Source of the DNA: Neophaeotheca triangularis
Taxonomy: Eukaryota
Assembly: GCA_054600435.1 (NCBI GenBank)
Contig: BAAIJX010000056.1
Coordinates: 62,001 to 126,000, forward strand
Reading direction: 5' to 3'
DNA length: 64,000 nucleotides
This document shows, one piece after another, positions 23,602 through 36,141 of this stretch. The notes beneath the pieces are model-generated. The model made no database searches. It saw only the letters and a list, made by a program, of their open reading frames with translations, and was not told where the DNA came from. Each line of letters starts with the position of its first letter. Positions within the stretch are counted from its first letter, which is position 1. Position numbers and translations under genes: made by a program.

Positions 23602-24422
23602 CTAGGATACTGAATTGGCGGGGGCATCCCCGTCCGACTGATCCGCAGTGTGTTGTTCGACGTCGTCGCCAGAGCCATCGTCCAAGAGTTTAGACATCTC
23701 ATCCAGAACACCGCTCGCAATCCGAAAGTTCTCGCAATGAGCAAGTTTGATCTCATGGTGTCGGGCTCGGAACTGCAGAACGATAAGACAAGCGCCGGCG
23801 CATTCGTTCAGAGAGGTCCATTGTTTCCATGAATACGCTTTGAGGGCATACTCCGTTGCATCGACAATGACTTTAATCTTCTCGATGAAGACTCCCTGCT
23901 TCTCGAAGAGCACTCTGGTGTACCTGGCGAGTTGCGACAACGCGTAGGTCACCTTCACCATGGGGTCGCCATCGCCGCTCATCAAGGGACTGGCCAGGAG
24001 TCTTTGGCCCCATTCGAGATTTGAGGGATGCTTCGCTTGATGACCCAGACGTATTAGGAGATGCTCCGTGGCCAAGAGACGGTTTGTGAAACTCACTCTT
24101 CATGAAAATGTGCAAAGATTGGATCTCCAGGAAATCTTCTAGGGGCATGTTGTTGAACTCGTTCAACGTCGCTGTTGCCTCGTTGTGCAGCTCGTTGCAC
24201 GCATCAATGACCTTGCGGTAGATGGCAACCATTTCTTGAGTTTTGGCTCTGTCGTCGGAGATTCCAGGAGCCGACATCTCGCCCTGTGAAGTGGCCTGTT
24301 AGGTCTCGTATCTACCTTGAGTACATTGAGAAGGGCCACACTTCTCCGTCGTTGGCCTGATCGGAACGCTTGGCGTTCGAATCAGCGTGGTCAGCCTCTT
24401 GCTTTGGCGGAGGCTCGTCCAT
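23602..24422 (-). CDS. Hypothetical helical protein (at least 3 exons); 3' end uncertain
   Basis: ATG at 24422 (MDEPPPKQEAD). GT..CTAAC..CAG and GTGAGT..CTAAT..AAG introns join ORFs 23873-24277 and 23602-24096 in frame. Confidence 0.6.
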
Positions 24423-25612
24423 GTTGGCTGCCCTCATCAACCGTGGTGTGAAGGGAGACTCGGTGAAGGTGGGTGAGCGTTGCAAGAGTAGAGAAGCGGA
24501 ACCCTTCAAGCCCTGCAGGTGAGGAAGTTGCTGCAGCGGTCCGTGCCCCGTAGAGGCCTCAGGCCTCTGCGGTGATGTTCTCAGGGTTTCAGAGGTAGTA
24601 TGCGCAAGTGAGGGGTCTAGAGTGAAAAGTACGCGATCGAAGCGCCACAACTTCACATTAACAAGGTAGGAAACTTCGATACCGCTCTTTGCTGCTTGGT
24701 AAGAGAGGATGCTCGTCAGTCTCGTGCAGTGAAGCCACGTATATTTGAAAGCCACTATTGACCACCGATAATAGAGTGAACGTCTACTCTCTGCACGTGA
24801 CTAGCAGGATCGTAACTAACGTAAAAGGCTTTCCCTCACTGTTCCCGACCTTTCTCCTTTCCTCTAACACCAACAAGCATTTTCTCTCTCTCAACCGGGG
24901 TCCAGTTACCATCAGCAAACAACCACTTCTTCTCTTTTCGTATACTGCCACCAGCCGCACGGCTTCTTCATCTCGAATCAGAACTCCGCTCATTACGGCC
25001 TCCATATCGGAACCTGTCGGCCTCTCCGCGATAGCGAAAACCGACAGGCTCGTCGACGAAGAGGGTCACGCAGAGCTGGCCACGCGCCTTGCTAGCATGA
25101 TGAAGCCGGCGGACACCCTAGCTGAGGAGCGTGTGGCTCCCGAAGGATGGAATGCTCGCCGAGTCGGCAAGAATGGGTTGATCGAGTCTGCAAAGCGCCG
25201 TGATTGGACAGACAGGAACAGGACCATTACGTCTGCGTCACTTCGGCCGTAAAGGCAACTGGAAGCTTCACGTCAATTGAAAGCGCAAAATGGAGGTCCA
25301 CCAACGGCTTCGTCAGGGGAGCTCCCACACCGGTAGAAGCAAAGTTGATGGTATTCTGCTGAACGGAACCCCGAATAGACGTGCTCCACTTCCGCCGCTC
25401 GCTTCTAGAAACTAGGATTAAAGGCGATGCAAACACTGGCATCTAACGGGTCCAGCGTAATCTCGTTCAATGCGTTTAGGATAGCAACCCAGCCAAACTT
25501 GACGTCTTTCAGCCCGAACGATGTCATCTCTCTCGCCGAGAAAGTCGTACGACCTCATGTCTCCATCAGAAACCTCTGCTCTCCTACCCCGTGACCACTA
25601 CTCCCATCGCAT

Positions 25613-26618
25613 TCAAGCGCGACTCTCGAAGTACGGCTTCGTACCTCCCTTGCTCAGATCTCCGGCGTGAATGAAGAATCGAATGTCAGTAGAATCAAAG
25701 ACATGCGCAGGCCATAGTTGGCGAGGGATCGGGACCACCACTAGCTCGCCGCCCCCTTGATCGAAGTACTTGATGCACAGCCTGCGCTGGTTACAACACG
25801 TACGACACGCGAACTTGGCCCCCTGAAGAGCCGGCACGAACTTCGAATTAGAGGCGTTGGTGCTCGCGCATCTCGACTCGTTTTCAATACGAGAAGCTTT
25901 GCTGCTCTTGCTAAAGTCGCTCAAGGTTTGCGCAAGCATCTTCCTCATCTCCGGCGCCATCGCGTTGAGGTCGTTGCAGGCTTTGAAGTTCTCCACGTCA
26001 GAGATGTAGGCAATGCGGTAGTCGTGGCTTTTGAGGAATCTAGCACTTCAGCCTCCTCTTCCTCCGGCTCCTGTTGCTCCTTCGTCTCCAACTATTCTTT
26101 CGATTCCTTCAAGTCTTCGCGGTCTTCCTCATGCGAGTCGTCGATTGGAGTGACACTCACGTTGTCGGCTTGTTGCCAAAGTCAGCTTGTGGGTCCTGTG
26201 CGAGCCAAAACGCTGTCACGGTGGACTTACCGTTCTGCCCTTCGGCTGTTCCAGTTGTCTCGCCAGCAGTCTGCACCTGCAGAAGCTTGTCTTGAGCCAG
26301 ACGAATCTTTGCTTGGGTCTGCTGGTCGCCTGATCCCTCGAGAGCAACGTATGCCTGGTGGAGAGATTCCTGCACTTCCCAGTAGTCGTCATTCTGAGCT
26401 GGATCTACTGTGTCGAAGGAATCGAGCGCTGCTTGCATCTGGCGGAGCTTGACCTGGGCCAGGCGGATCGTATCTTGCGTCTGTCGGTCGTCCGATCATT
26501 TGAGAACCTTGTGCGCATGGTGGAGGTAGCTCTGTGCTTCGTAATAATCGGTACGTTTCTCTTGGCGAGACCTGGGACCCGTAGCTGACGAGCCGACGGA
26601 GCCGTCTTCCGTCGGCAT
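25613..26618 (-). pseudogene. Disrupted gene with a tandem helical repeat and a C-terminal Cys cluster (ACRTCCNQRRLC)
   Basis: ATG at 26618; in-frame TGA at 26498-26496; intact intron 26230-26169; in-frame TAG at 26094-26092; frameshift near 26040 leading into ORF 25613-25996. Confidence 0.75.
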
Positions 26619-27227
26619 GCCTGCGATGGGTAAAATGAAGCAACAAGTGAGGTAGGGTGGGTTGCGTAATGTCAATGATCTTCGCAGTATCGGTGAGTGG
26701 CGCGGAATTGGCAGTAAAAAAAAAATATTGGTAGATGCGGCCAGAAGTATTGTTCACTGAAGTTAGACAAGTGGATCTTGGAGGCTAGAAGCTGGATGCT
26801 AGAAGTCCAGAAGTCGAAGGGCGAGGAGTGAAAGTTGTAAACTGAACAAGATAGATTGGAGGAGAAGACCGGGTGCCGGGGTGTTGAGGTGTTGAGGTGA
26901 TGAGGTGTTGGGGTTTTGAAGTTTTGAACGTTGCTGGCAGGCTGCAGCGAAAGAAAGCGGGCGAGTATTCACAGGCTCCTGCCTCTCTTGAAAGCCTCTT
27001 GAAAGAAAGTTGCATCTGCTCTTTTTGTCGATTGCCGCTTGGCAATCCAGTAATAAATCCTGTTCGGCAATCCTTCTCTGCGAGATCAAAGGTGATAGTA
27101 AAGTTGGGTATTCAGTAAGGTAAAGCAAGCAGTAAAGTGAGGTAAGAGAAAGAGTAAGGAGGTGAGTGAAGAGAGGTTCGTGGTTTTAGTAAGAGGAAAG
27201 GCCAATAATGCACATCTCCCCATCACC

Positions 27228-29071
27228 CTAGTAGACATAAACAAACTCGTCATTCTTCCGATCCGTCAGATCCAAAAACGCTTGCCCACCCAGCTCGTCA
27301 TCGTCTGCTCCACCGCCCGTTTCATAGGTCCTCGTCATGCTCAGATCCTTGATCTTCGCAGGCTTGTTGTTGGCCACCCGCTTCTTCTCCTGGCGTTTGT
27401 TGAGGTAGACCAAGTTCACAAGCTGCAATCCCACGACACCGATCAAGGCAGCGGTGATACCCATAGTGGATCGCAGACCGGGAAGATATTCGGGGGCGGA
27501 GTCGAGGCTAAATAGAAGAGGTCCTATGATGTTGCCTGCGGATGTACCAGCATTGTAAAGCGACATGATGACGGATTTCTTTGTGCTACCGCCGATGTTG
27601 GAAATCATCCAGCTGACGATCAGGGGGTTGCCACCGAAGAGGAAGGCGGTTAGGTAGTAGCCCGCCAGGTTGGCACCCGTTTGACTGCGGTCGAGTGTAT
27701 ACAGCAAGATAAGTCCGATGAGAACGGGCAACATCAAGCCGGCGATAAAGGGCGACTTGATGCGGAATCGGTGTGCCAGCCACGAAGCCGGTAGAATGAC
27801 GATGAGCTGAACAAATCCAAAGGGGATGTTGAGAAGAGCGGTCACGCCACCGTCGCCGAGATTGAAACCCTGGAGAATGAGCGGACCAAAGGTATTTGTA
27901 ACGGCGGCTCCAACGTTGAGGCAGAGAGTCATGGCCACGAATAGCCAGCTCTTTGGCTCTAAGAGTGCCTCCCAAACGTGCGCCATTTTGAACTCTCTTG
28001 CACCCGTACCACTGTTGTTTGCACGAAGTCGTTCGAGACCTTGTTTCCTCTCATGCTCTGTGAGGAAACGGGCGCTTGCTACATCGTTGTCGAGAAAGTA
28101 CCAGACGAAGGGAACCGAAACGACGGTGAGCAGGCCGTTTGTGAGGAAGAGGCTGTGTGGTTGTATCAGACGCATCCTCACCATAGGCAAGCCGGAGACA
28201 GGAGCGGTACTCACCTTTGCCATGGAGCAAGGGCAGGATTTGGGATCTGAGCAAAGCCGTATCCCATAGCAGCACAGATCATGGTCGCGAAACCGTTGGT
28301 GCCGTACCTGTGTTGCTGTCAGCCCACCTTCTTTGCTTCCAAAACTGGCACCGCGCGTCGACGTACCATAGAGCGACTCTGAAGGGCTGCTCGCTTCTCC
28401 TGTACCACTGACTTGTAATGACGGCAAAGAGAGCTGCAAGATCATATCAGCAAGTTATCCCTTCCCCAGCGGCCCGACCGGCACTTACGAAGACATCCCG
28501 CCTCAAAGAGACCCAAGAAGAATCGAGCCACCAACAAGCCAGCAAAGCTATTGGCAAAAGCCATGCCCACACCTGCCGCACCCCACCCCAGCATCATTCC
28601 CGGCATCAGAATACGGTGAGGAACCCTCACGATCAGGTAGGAGGAAAAGGGCTGCCATGCCAGTTGTGCGATGGGAGCAATAGAGCTCACAAGCGAGTAT
28701 TCGGAACCGGTCAAGGTAATATCATCGCGCAGGCCGAAGATGACACCCACTCCTAGCACAGACTTGTCGATGATTTGGTTGAAGTAGACCCATATCAGGA
28801 TGGGCAAGATGTACTTGTCGATCTTCTTGCGGATGCGGATATTCTGCGGCGGAGGTCAGTAACGGTCTGGATGAAGCGGGAGGGTCGCTTCGCCACGAAC
28901 ATCTTCTTCGGTGAGTTCGACTCTCTCGCCAGCGAGTAGTTCGGCACCCCTGTCGGCATGGCCTTCGGCGATGCGTTGCTGCTGTTCGACATCCTTCGGA
29001 TGGTGCGGGTCCGAATTGATCTCGTACATCTCTTGACGTTGGCTGGCATTCTTGCTTGAGTCGGTCGCCAT
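27228..29071 (-). CDS. MFS transporter, allantoate permease (Dal5-like, ACS family), multi-exon
   Basis: IRKKIDKYILPILIWVYFNQIIDKS, ARFFLGLFEAGCL, ARFLTEHER...ERLRANNSG, SNIGGSTKKS, GNIIGPLLF and AFLDLTDRKNDEFVYVY*. Three GT-AG introns. Confidence 0.93.
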
Positions 29072-32000
29072 GCTGGATGATAGATGGCAGGGTGTGAGGT
29101 CGACGACTGTGGTGGCAAGAAGGCGGTAGGTGGTGATGGCTATGGAGATTCCATACGATTGCCTCTCAGAAACTTTACCGCTTCACCCCCCAGTGACCCC
29201 CAACCTCCCCCGCATCGAAGCCGGGGACGAGAACGTAGAGAAGACTTCATCTTCTCCACGCTATTTAAGGTTAAGAGATCGGGCTTGGTTTTGCTACCAA
29301 GAAAAGTGGGCTCTTGGGTGACTTCAAACGCTGCCACGCCCAAGCGTGATTTGTGATTGGCTTAGACCCCCAAAATACCCCCAAAGCCAAGGGTAAGGCG
29401 GACATGGTGGAGTGATGTGGGGGTCCCACAGAAGCGGAAGTTTGTATTCATTAGACAACGCTGACGGGGGCAGATCTTGGACTACCTTAGGTTATTAGGA
29501 GGTACCACGTGGAACACTCAGCATTGCTTGATGACGTGCGTTCGATAGCCTCTCCAGACGGGGGTCTTGTATCTCAATCTTATAGGAAACTCATCATGCT
29601 GCGTGGGAGGGTCTCCAAACGTGCAGAGGCCGTCGTCTCTTTAGTATGTTGAATGGCTACGTCTTATCGCTGCGACATTGCAGGTGAGTGGTAAGCATAT
29701 CACTCTTTGGCTGCCCACAGCAATGATACAAGAGAAGCGGAGAAGGCGTTCACGACGGGCGGTCAAGTCAAGTGGGCTTTCAACCAAAGATTGACCAGCG
29801 GCTGGCCCTTCCAGACTTTCACGGGGTGATCAGAATCATTGAAATCGTGACAGGATGTAGAAAGTCTTTCGAGAAGCGGAGGTGCTGAGGATTGAGCATG
29901 CATACGCTGTTGCTGGGAAATTGCGCAACACCATGTCGCTGATCACCGCTAGATGAATCGACGAAAATAAAAGGGAGGATGAAGGTGGGTTTTACTAGGA
30001 ATCAGGTCTGGCAATGGTCGCAGCCTTGCCTCCTCAACCATATTGACGAGAAAGATTGACGGTTGGTTGATTAGGCTAGAAACGGGTTGAAGGCGTGTTC
30101 TTTGCCTTCCATCGCCGGGTTGTCGTGATCGCAGGATGGGCGAGGTGAAAGCGGGCGTTATGGCAGCAGCGCCGGCCCCTGCGAGAAAACGAGAAGCGGA
30201 TGGGCTGCCAACGTGGAATTCCCCGGCGGGAGGTTGGAGGATGAGGTTGAGAGCTGTGTCATAAGTATGCGGAGGCAGCTGGAGTGAAGTAGCTATGGGG
30301 GAGTGGCTGCTATGAAGTGATGAGGTGTACATATGGCCAGGAATGAACAATTGCCCGGTGCACCTAAGTAGCGTCTTTCAAGACCTGAAGGACGAGATAG
30401 GCGTGAATTGAACCCCTAAAAACTAACAAAGATGGCCTCGTTGGGAAGAGGGCAGGTGGAATCGCACGCCTCTATGCCATAGTTATCGTGTCTTGCTGTG
30501 GTATTACTTGCCGAGAATATGAGGCGGGGTAAGGTCTGTTGCGTTTGAGTGCCTTGAGAAGTCATCGTGGTCTGGCGTTGTAGCGTCGTGCTTTGACGGC
30601 ACATGGCCGAAGGCTAGGCGTGTAGTTACTTCCTCTTCCGGTGGCTCTTCCGGTGGCCAGCGTCTTCCTCGACGGATTTGCCGTCAGACGGTCCTTTTAT
30701 CGGAGCGCTAGGGATTTTGAGAGACGCAAATAATCTCAAGTCGTTCTCGCTGCAGTTCGCGAGGGCTGTTGATGAACTCAAAGGGTTGGAAGGAGATTTG
30801 CCTGGAGGGTTTCTAGTTTGAATACAAGTCGTAGTGGTACTCCAATAAGCAATTTGGTTGGGGAGCTTTGGCAACTCTCTGTCGCTGATACGAATCCCCT
30901 AATATTCCTTTGCATCTTGCTCCTGAAGGCTTCGGCTCAACAGGGGCTAAAAAGATCTAATAGGCAATGGCGTCACCAGCAACAGCAAAACTCAATCTCT
31001 TCACCCGTATCTATGCCCTAGAATATGGGAGTGAAGAGTCGGTAAACACAGCTTAGCTCACCTAGCGAACATCATTGGTGGGTACCTTTCTCGACTTTCA
31101 AGTCAAGAAGGCCGGTTTATGCCAGGAATCGAACGCGGGTCCGTCGCGGATTCCGGCCTGGTGGGGGAAGGAGGACACCTACCACTTAGCCATCGGCCAA
31201 AGCGGTTGTGGTGCTGGGTTTGGCAAAAATTCGTATATGTCGTTTGGTTACTGGAGTGAGGGGGCTTGGTGCCTTCTGAGCCGTTGCCTTTACAACCATC
31301 GTTTAGGCCTTGTTCTTTACCTCACTATGGGTGCCTAGCCGCTGGACATCTTTAAGCCCAGGGCTAATCGCTGATTCATGTTGATGAAAGGCGCTCTAGC
31401 ACCTTCGCTCGGCATGCACTCCTCTGACCCCGTTCAACGGCTTGAAACTCTGTGGCGGAAACAAGGCAGACAGAATCCAATCATTGAAATCTTTCGCGGT
31501 TCGGCAAAGCCAGTCAGCAGGAAGAGCAAGTCCCATACAACTAAATATGAAGGTTGCGGGTGTCTCGACTGGAGCGCTAAACATTCAAATATGAGTCCTT
31601 TGGCTTGGCTCTGACATTCACGAGGTAGGCGAAGTTCCGAAGACCTCTAGAGAGGACGGCCAGTAGAATTTTGGCAGCATTTCCGAGCGTATCTGCCAGA
31701 ACCTGTTCCAAGTGTGGCTGTGTACGCGGGCCTGTGTTAAGTGTGGTTTTAGATTAACCTCCGGCCATATACATAACCCGGTCTATATAATAAATACTAA
31801 GGAATCCTTGGCCTTAGTATGCATGCAGCAGGCATTGTAAGAGGGTGCTCATGCCACAAAAGCAACGGGGCTTTCTCTCGGACGAGCGGAATCGTATGAC
31901 AAGTGCTCGGGATCACCCCATCTCCATATAGAAGCATTATCCTGATCAAGCTTGTCGTGTAAAATCTAAAAGCAAAGCGGGAAATCAACATCTGCGAGAG

Positions 32001-33198
32001 ATGAAGTTGTGATGGTGACAAATTTTGTGGGGCATCACGTTTCCACCCTGAAACGCTGACGGGAAACGCTCCATCACACTACTGTACCTACAGTATACGT
32101 CCTACCTAACCCTAAACGTCACCATCAGCCATTAACATTGAGTTTTTCAAGTCTCGCATTCTCTCCAGTCGCAGTCGATTTCTTCTTAGCTTACCCTCGG
32201 CATTCACTGATTACTAGGTATGATCCTGATTGCGGCATGCTCCCACCCACCAATAGGTGGCTTGTATGAGGTTGAGTCTAAACGATGATTAAAGACTACT
32301 CCTTTCAACTCTGTCCTCTCATCTTCTCCCGATGATGATCAAGAGCTCTTTGTCAACGACATCGGTCCGAACAGGATCAACCCGTCTGCTGCGCCCATCG
32401 CTCGGGTACCGATGAGCAAAGCACGCTGAGCCGCTCCCCTCCAAACTGCTTCGGCAGATGGAAAACGCACTTTTGAGTATCTGAGTCGTTGGATTCCCAT
32501 CATGGTCCACAGTCAGTACTCCCGTCTGATGAAGTCTGCTCAAACTACCGACAACTCACGATAACCAAAAGATATTGCGGAAGCGGGCGCTATCAAAGAA
32601 ATTCCATGGCGGAATCCCTGACCTCTCACGTAATCCTCGCCGTATGTTCTGTTTGCAGATCATACATTATCGCCACGTGATCGCGAACACCCGTCCCGCT
32701 TGGCCCATCCCCTAACGATTACCGTGAGCGAACTGCTACAGTTTTCATTTTTCAGCCGTCCTCGCCCTGTCAATTCGTCTACCTTGGTTGAGGCGCATTC
32801 AACGACATCCCTCGCCAGGGCAAGATCTACCAATCTCATAATTTCTTCCAGCCCCCCGCTCCCGTCACATCCTTGTAGCGTGCAGTCCACATGAGCACGC
32901 TTGTTTGCTTGGGTTTTAGCCCGCATTCTTCTGAAACAGGCAGGCCAGCCTGGTCTCAAATGCCGTTTAGTTTGGACTCACCCTGATGATGAGCTTCGTT
33001 GTGGGATGCCTACTGCGCCGTGGGGTCCGCTGAGCATTGATCTACTTGAGATGGAATATCCTCATACAACTGCTATTAGGGACTGATCACTTTCCGACAA
33101 GTTCCCAATCCTCAACATTTGATCTATACAATCCATCGCATTCCCGACACCCTTGCCGAAAGAACGGTGGCCGTCAACTGCCGGTCGATCCTGTACCA

Positions 33199-34467
33199 AT
33201 GCCATATCCTCGGGACAGTACGAACCCGTCCGACGATACCGGTGGCCAGTCCGAGGAGCAGCAACAACAACAAGCATCGTTCTTCATCGAACAGTCACCT
33301 TTGGTTCTCGTGTCTGAACAAGGGCGCCATTCCGAAGCCTCACGTCGCCTCGTGCGAGCTCAGGCGGCTCGTGCTTCTGCAGCGGCATCGAGATTGACTA
33401 GAGCTCGAAACCGGGAAGAGCGGGGAGGAGGTTACCGTGGGGAAGTACCCTTGTCATCAGGTATCTCGAGTCCAGATTCGCAGTCTACTTCTCGAGTATC
33501 CAGCCCCCCTTTTCCATCGACTTTGCAAGATGCCCAGACGGGAAGCAGGCAGTCATCTCACGCCGATGGACATCAACAACCGACCACCTTACCTTGGCCA
33601 CCCTTGGTCGATTGGATTCTGTCTGTCGTTTCGAATCCGAGCGAAATGCTGGAGGGAAGGCTCTCTGTACTGGAACAAAGCCCAACGACAGCGCAACCAA
33701 CCTTTAGCAGTGTTGCCAGCGCGATGAGCCCTGCGAACATCGCCAACACTGTACAGACCCCTCGAATGCAGACGTTGCCGTTCGGGCCAAGACGGGGAGG
33801 AAACATACAACTGCCCATTGCACTTCCCAAAGGCTTCGCGGCGCTCCAACAAAGACATCCTCTCTCAGATCGGCTCGTTCAGCTGGTGAGCCGGACAGCA
33901 TGCTTTGGTAAGAACAAAACTCAATACAAGAGTCGGATCGGCTCGCTCACTAGATGGACAGACTTCGCAAGCCAAGGCGTCGAACAACGCCTTCACCAAC
34001 TCCTCCTCGACATCATCATGTCAACAGCAACCGCCGAACCCTCCAGCAGCGTACTGACCTTTCAACACGCCCACCCGATCCAATCTCACATCCGCATCGC
34101 CTGCGCCTCGCTGACAATCTACCAAGGCTGGCGCGCCGACGGCGCCTTCTTGACAAACGATGAATCCTACCGTTTCGGCTTAGACGCAGCATGGCAAGAA
34201 GTGACGATGCTGGATCAGACGGCTCTGCGGGAGCGCGAAACGGCAAAGGTGAGTTTGTGGGCGATCTTCACCATTAGCGTGACTACTGGAGCGACTGCGG
34301 AGGTTTTTTATGCGTTGTTGAGTTGGTTGTGCGAGTGTCTGGATTTGCGGCATTGGGAGCAGGTTAGGGGTGTTTTGCTGGAATTTATATATCCGGTGAG
34401 CTTTTTGGATGAGCCTTGTCGGTTGTTTTGGCAGAGCTTGTGTGATTTGGGGGTGGGGCTGGTTTAG
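33199..34467 (+). CDS. Fungal-specific putative transcription factor without a Zn cluster; intron 33908-33961
   Basis: Basic RRLVRAQAARASAAASRLTRARNRE motif after FFIEQ; C-terminal LDLRHWEQVRGVLLEFIYP..LDEPCRLFW is typical of this fungal regulator class; 54-nt GTAAGA..CTCAC..CAG intron. Confidence 0.7.
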   Translation: MPYPRDSTNPSDDTGGQSEEQQQQQASFFIEQSPLVLVSEQGRHSEASRRLVRAQAARASAAASRLTRARNREERGGGYRGEVPLSSGISSPDSQSTSRVSSPPFPSTLQDAQTGSRQSSHADGHQQPTTLPWPPLVDWILSVVSNPSEMLEGRLSVLEQSPTTAQPTFSSVASAMSPANIANTVQTPRMQTLPFGPRRGGNIQLPIALPKGFAALQQRHPLSDRLVQLVSRTACFGKNKTQYKSRIGSLTRWTDFASQGVEQRLHQLLLDIIMSTATAEPSSSVLTFQHAHPIQSHIRIACASLTIYQGWRADGAFLTNDESYRFGLDAAWQEVTMLDQTALRERETAKVSLWAIFTISVTTGATAEVFYALLSWLCECLDLRHWEQVRGVLLEFIYPVSFLDEPCRLFWQSLCDLGVGLV

Positions 34468-34898
34468 TAGGTGTGAGAGGTGGGAGAGGTGGAAGAGGTG
34501 GGATATGCTGGCAGCTCGGAGGAATGTACTGAGCCTGGGCAGTAAGATAGGTGTCATTCTGGGACGCCGTTTCTTTCGACCATCTGGCACCTCATCTGCG
34601 CGAACCTCCCGTCTCGGGTCCAAGGTAGTCCGGCAGGATTGGTCATCACCGCTGTTTCGGCGAAATTGAGGCAGGAGCGAAGGCGTGGTTGTCTTGTGCC
34701 TTGGAAACGCTCACTTCACTTCACCTCACCTCACTTTACAATATCTCTCGACGCCTTACCGCAGCATATCAGGCTCTCCATTGAACTAGGCTTCATATTA
34801 CCGACATCGACATCACCCTCGCCATCGTCTCCAGTCCTGCCACCATCGCCGAACCCTCGACTTATTCAGCGATTCAGTCATGTCTCAATCGTCTACCC

Positions 34899-36120
34899 AT
34901 GTCTCAATCGCCTACCCGGCCCTCTTCTATGATCGATGTAGACTCAAGCGTATCGGCCGCTCCCCGACCGAACCTCGAGGAGTTGGCCTATCAGGTCACC
35001 GATGGTACCTGCGATCCTGAGCCTGTCGATGGCCCGAAAGCACATTCTGGCGATTCTCTCGTGTCAAGCCCTTGAGGCAGTTGACGACCTGAACACCATG
35101 GACTACAATACTCTGGTCAACAATATAGTCACAAATTTACAGACACCTACGACACCATTTTCAATGCTCCTACCCCGGATGACGAACCTATGAACGCACA
35201 TAAGGCCGATGCGAATGGTTGTCACTGGACTTGAAGGAGCTGAGATACTTCCCACCAGCACCGGAAACTTGTTCAATCCCAGCCGAACGCCGTTGGTCCA
35301 TCTATCCAAAGAGTTGACCAGACCCGGCAACCCAAGCCCTCCCATCGAGATACAGATCGTCATTTTCGGCATGGCAGGGCTCGCCATCGACATCTCAGCA
35401 TTTGGCGACTACCTCAGAGGCTTTTTCCACATGCTCGCCGAGAAGGTAGAAGCGAACGGCACGAACCTTGCCGACATCATTCACATTGTCCCAATCGTTC
35501 AACCTGCTCTCACGGCGGGCGAAGTATTAGAATTCTTCAGGTTTCCCTCGCCTTCGTCTAGTTGGGTCGCTCGTAGGAACAAGGTCAAAAAACATCGTTT
35601 GGAAGACCTTATCGAGCAGAAAGACACTATGTTTTTGCGCCAGCACTATGCCGAAATTAATAGCCCTTCACTGTCGCTTACCTACCACGCCAATGCTACA
35701 GAGCTCCATAACTTTCTCAAAGCGTTGAACGAGGAGCATCATTGGCGTTCTTCTCTCCTCGATGACAGCTCGACGCCGACCAGCAGAACCATCCAGCTTC
35801 GGAATGTGGGGAGGAATATCCCAATGGTCTAGATGGGCAGTGGGATAAACAATGGTGCTCGCTGTAGTTGATGCCGTATGATGGCTGGGTGTGAATGCTG
35901 GGGTGGAAGCACGGCTGCTTCTGCTTGTGGGTCTTGAGTGCTTTGGTCAGCGAATCATTGGCTCTGTAGTCAGAGCTCTTTCTTTTGCCCTTACCCATGG
36001 GCCAAGAGCCTACGCTTTTTTAGCTAGCTGTTCATATGGCTGGTACACAGATAGTGTCCTATCTAATGGCTACCAACGCTACCGTCTGAAGATAAGAGGG
36101 CAAAGCACCCCAACTAATCC
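34899..36120 (+). pseudogene. Degenerate gene with multiple in-frame stops and frameshifts; possible C-terminal BTB-like region
   Basis: The frame from ATG 34899 is interrupted by TGA at 35073 and 35082, shifts into the 207-aa ORF 35209-35832, then continues in another frame with several TAG/TAA/TGA stops (…ESLAL*SELFLLPLPMGQEPTLFS*LFIWLVH…). Confidence 0.5.
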
Positions 36121-36141
36121 TCTCACAGACCGTTCAAGGCC

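Noticed and set aside
24758..25595. Possible plus-strand pseudogene (ISEPVGLSAIAKTDRLVDEEGHAELATRL...)
   Set aside because: Partly protein-like but has no clear ATG and no recognisable motif; it cannot be supported without homology.
26496..26498. In-frame TGA read as selenocysteine or programmed readthrough
   Set aside because: It aligns to Gly, not Cys, in the sister repeat. The gene also has a TAG and a frameshift, and ascomycetes lack Sec machinery.
29400..33000. 3.6-kb gene-poor region as a transposon or pseudogene; one plus frame (30967-31740) has scattered stops
   Set aside because: No transposase or RT motifs, TIRs or LTRs were seen, and the stop density is not clearly below random.
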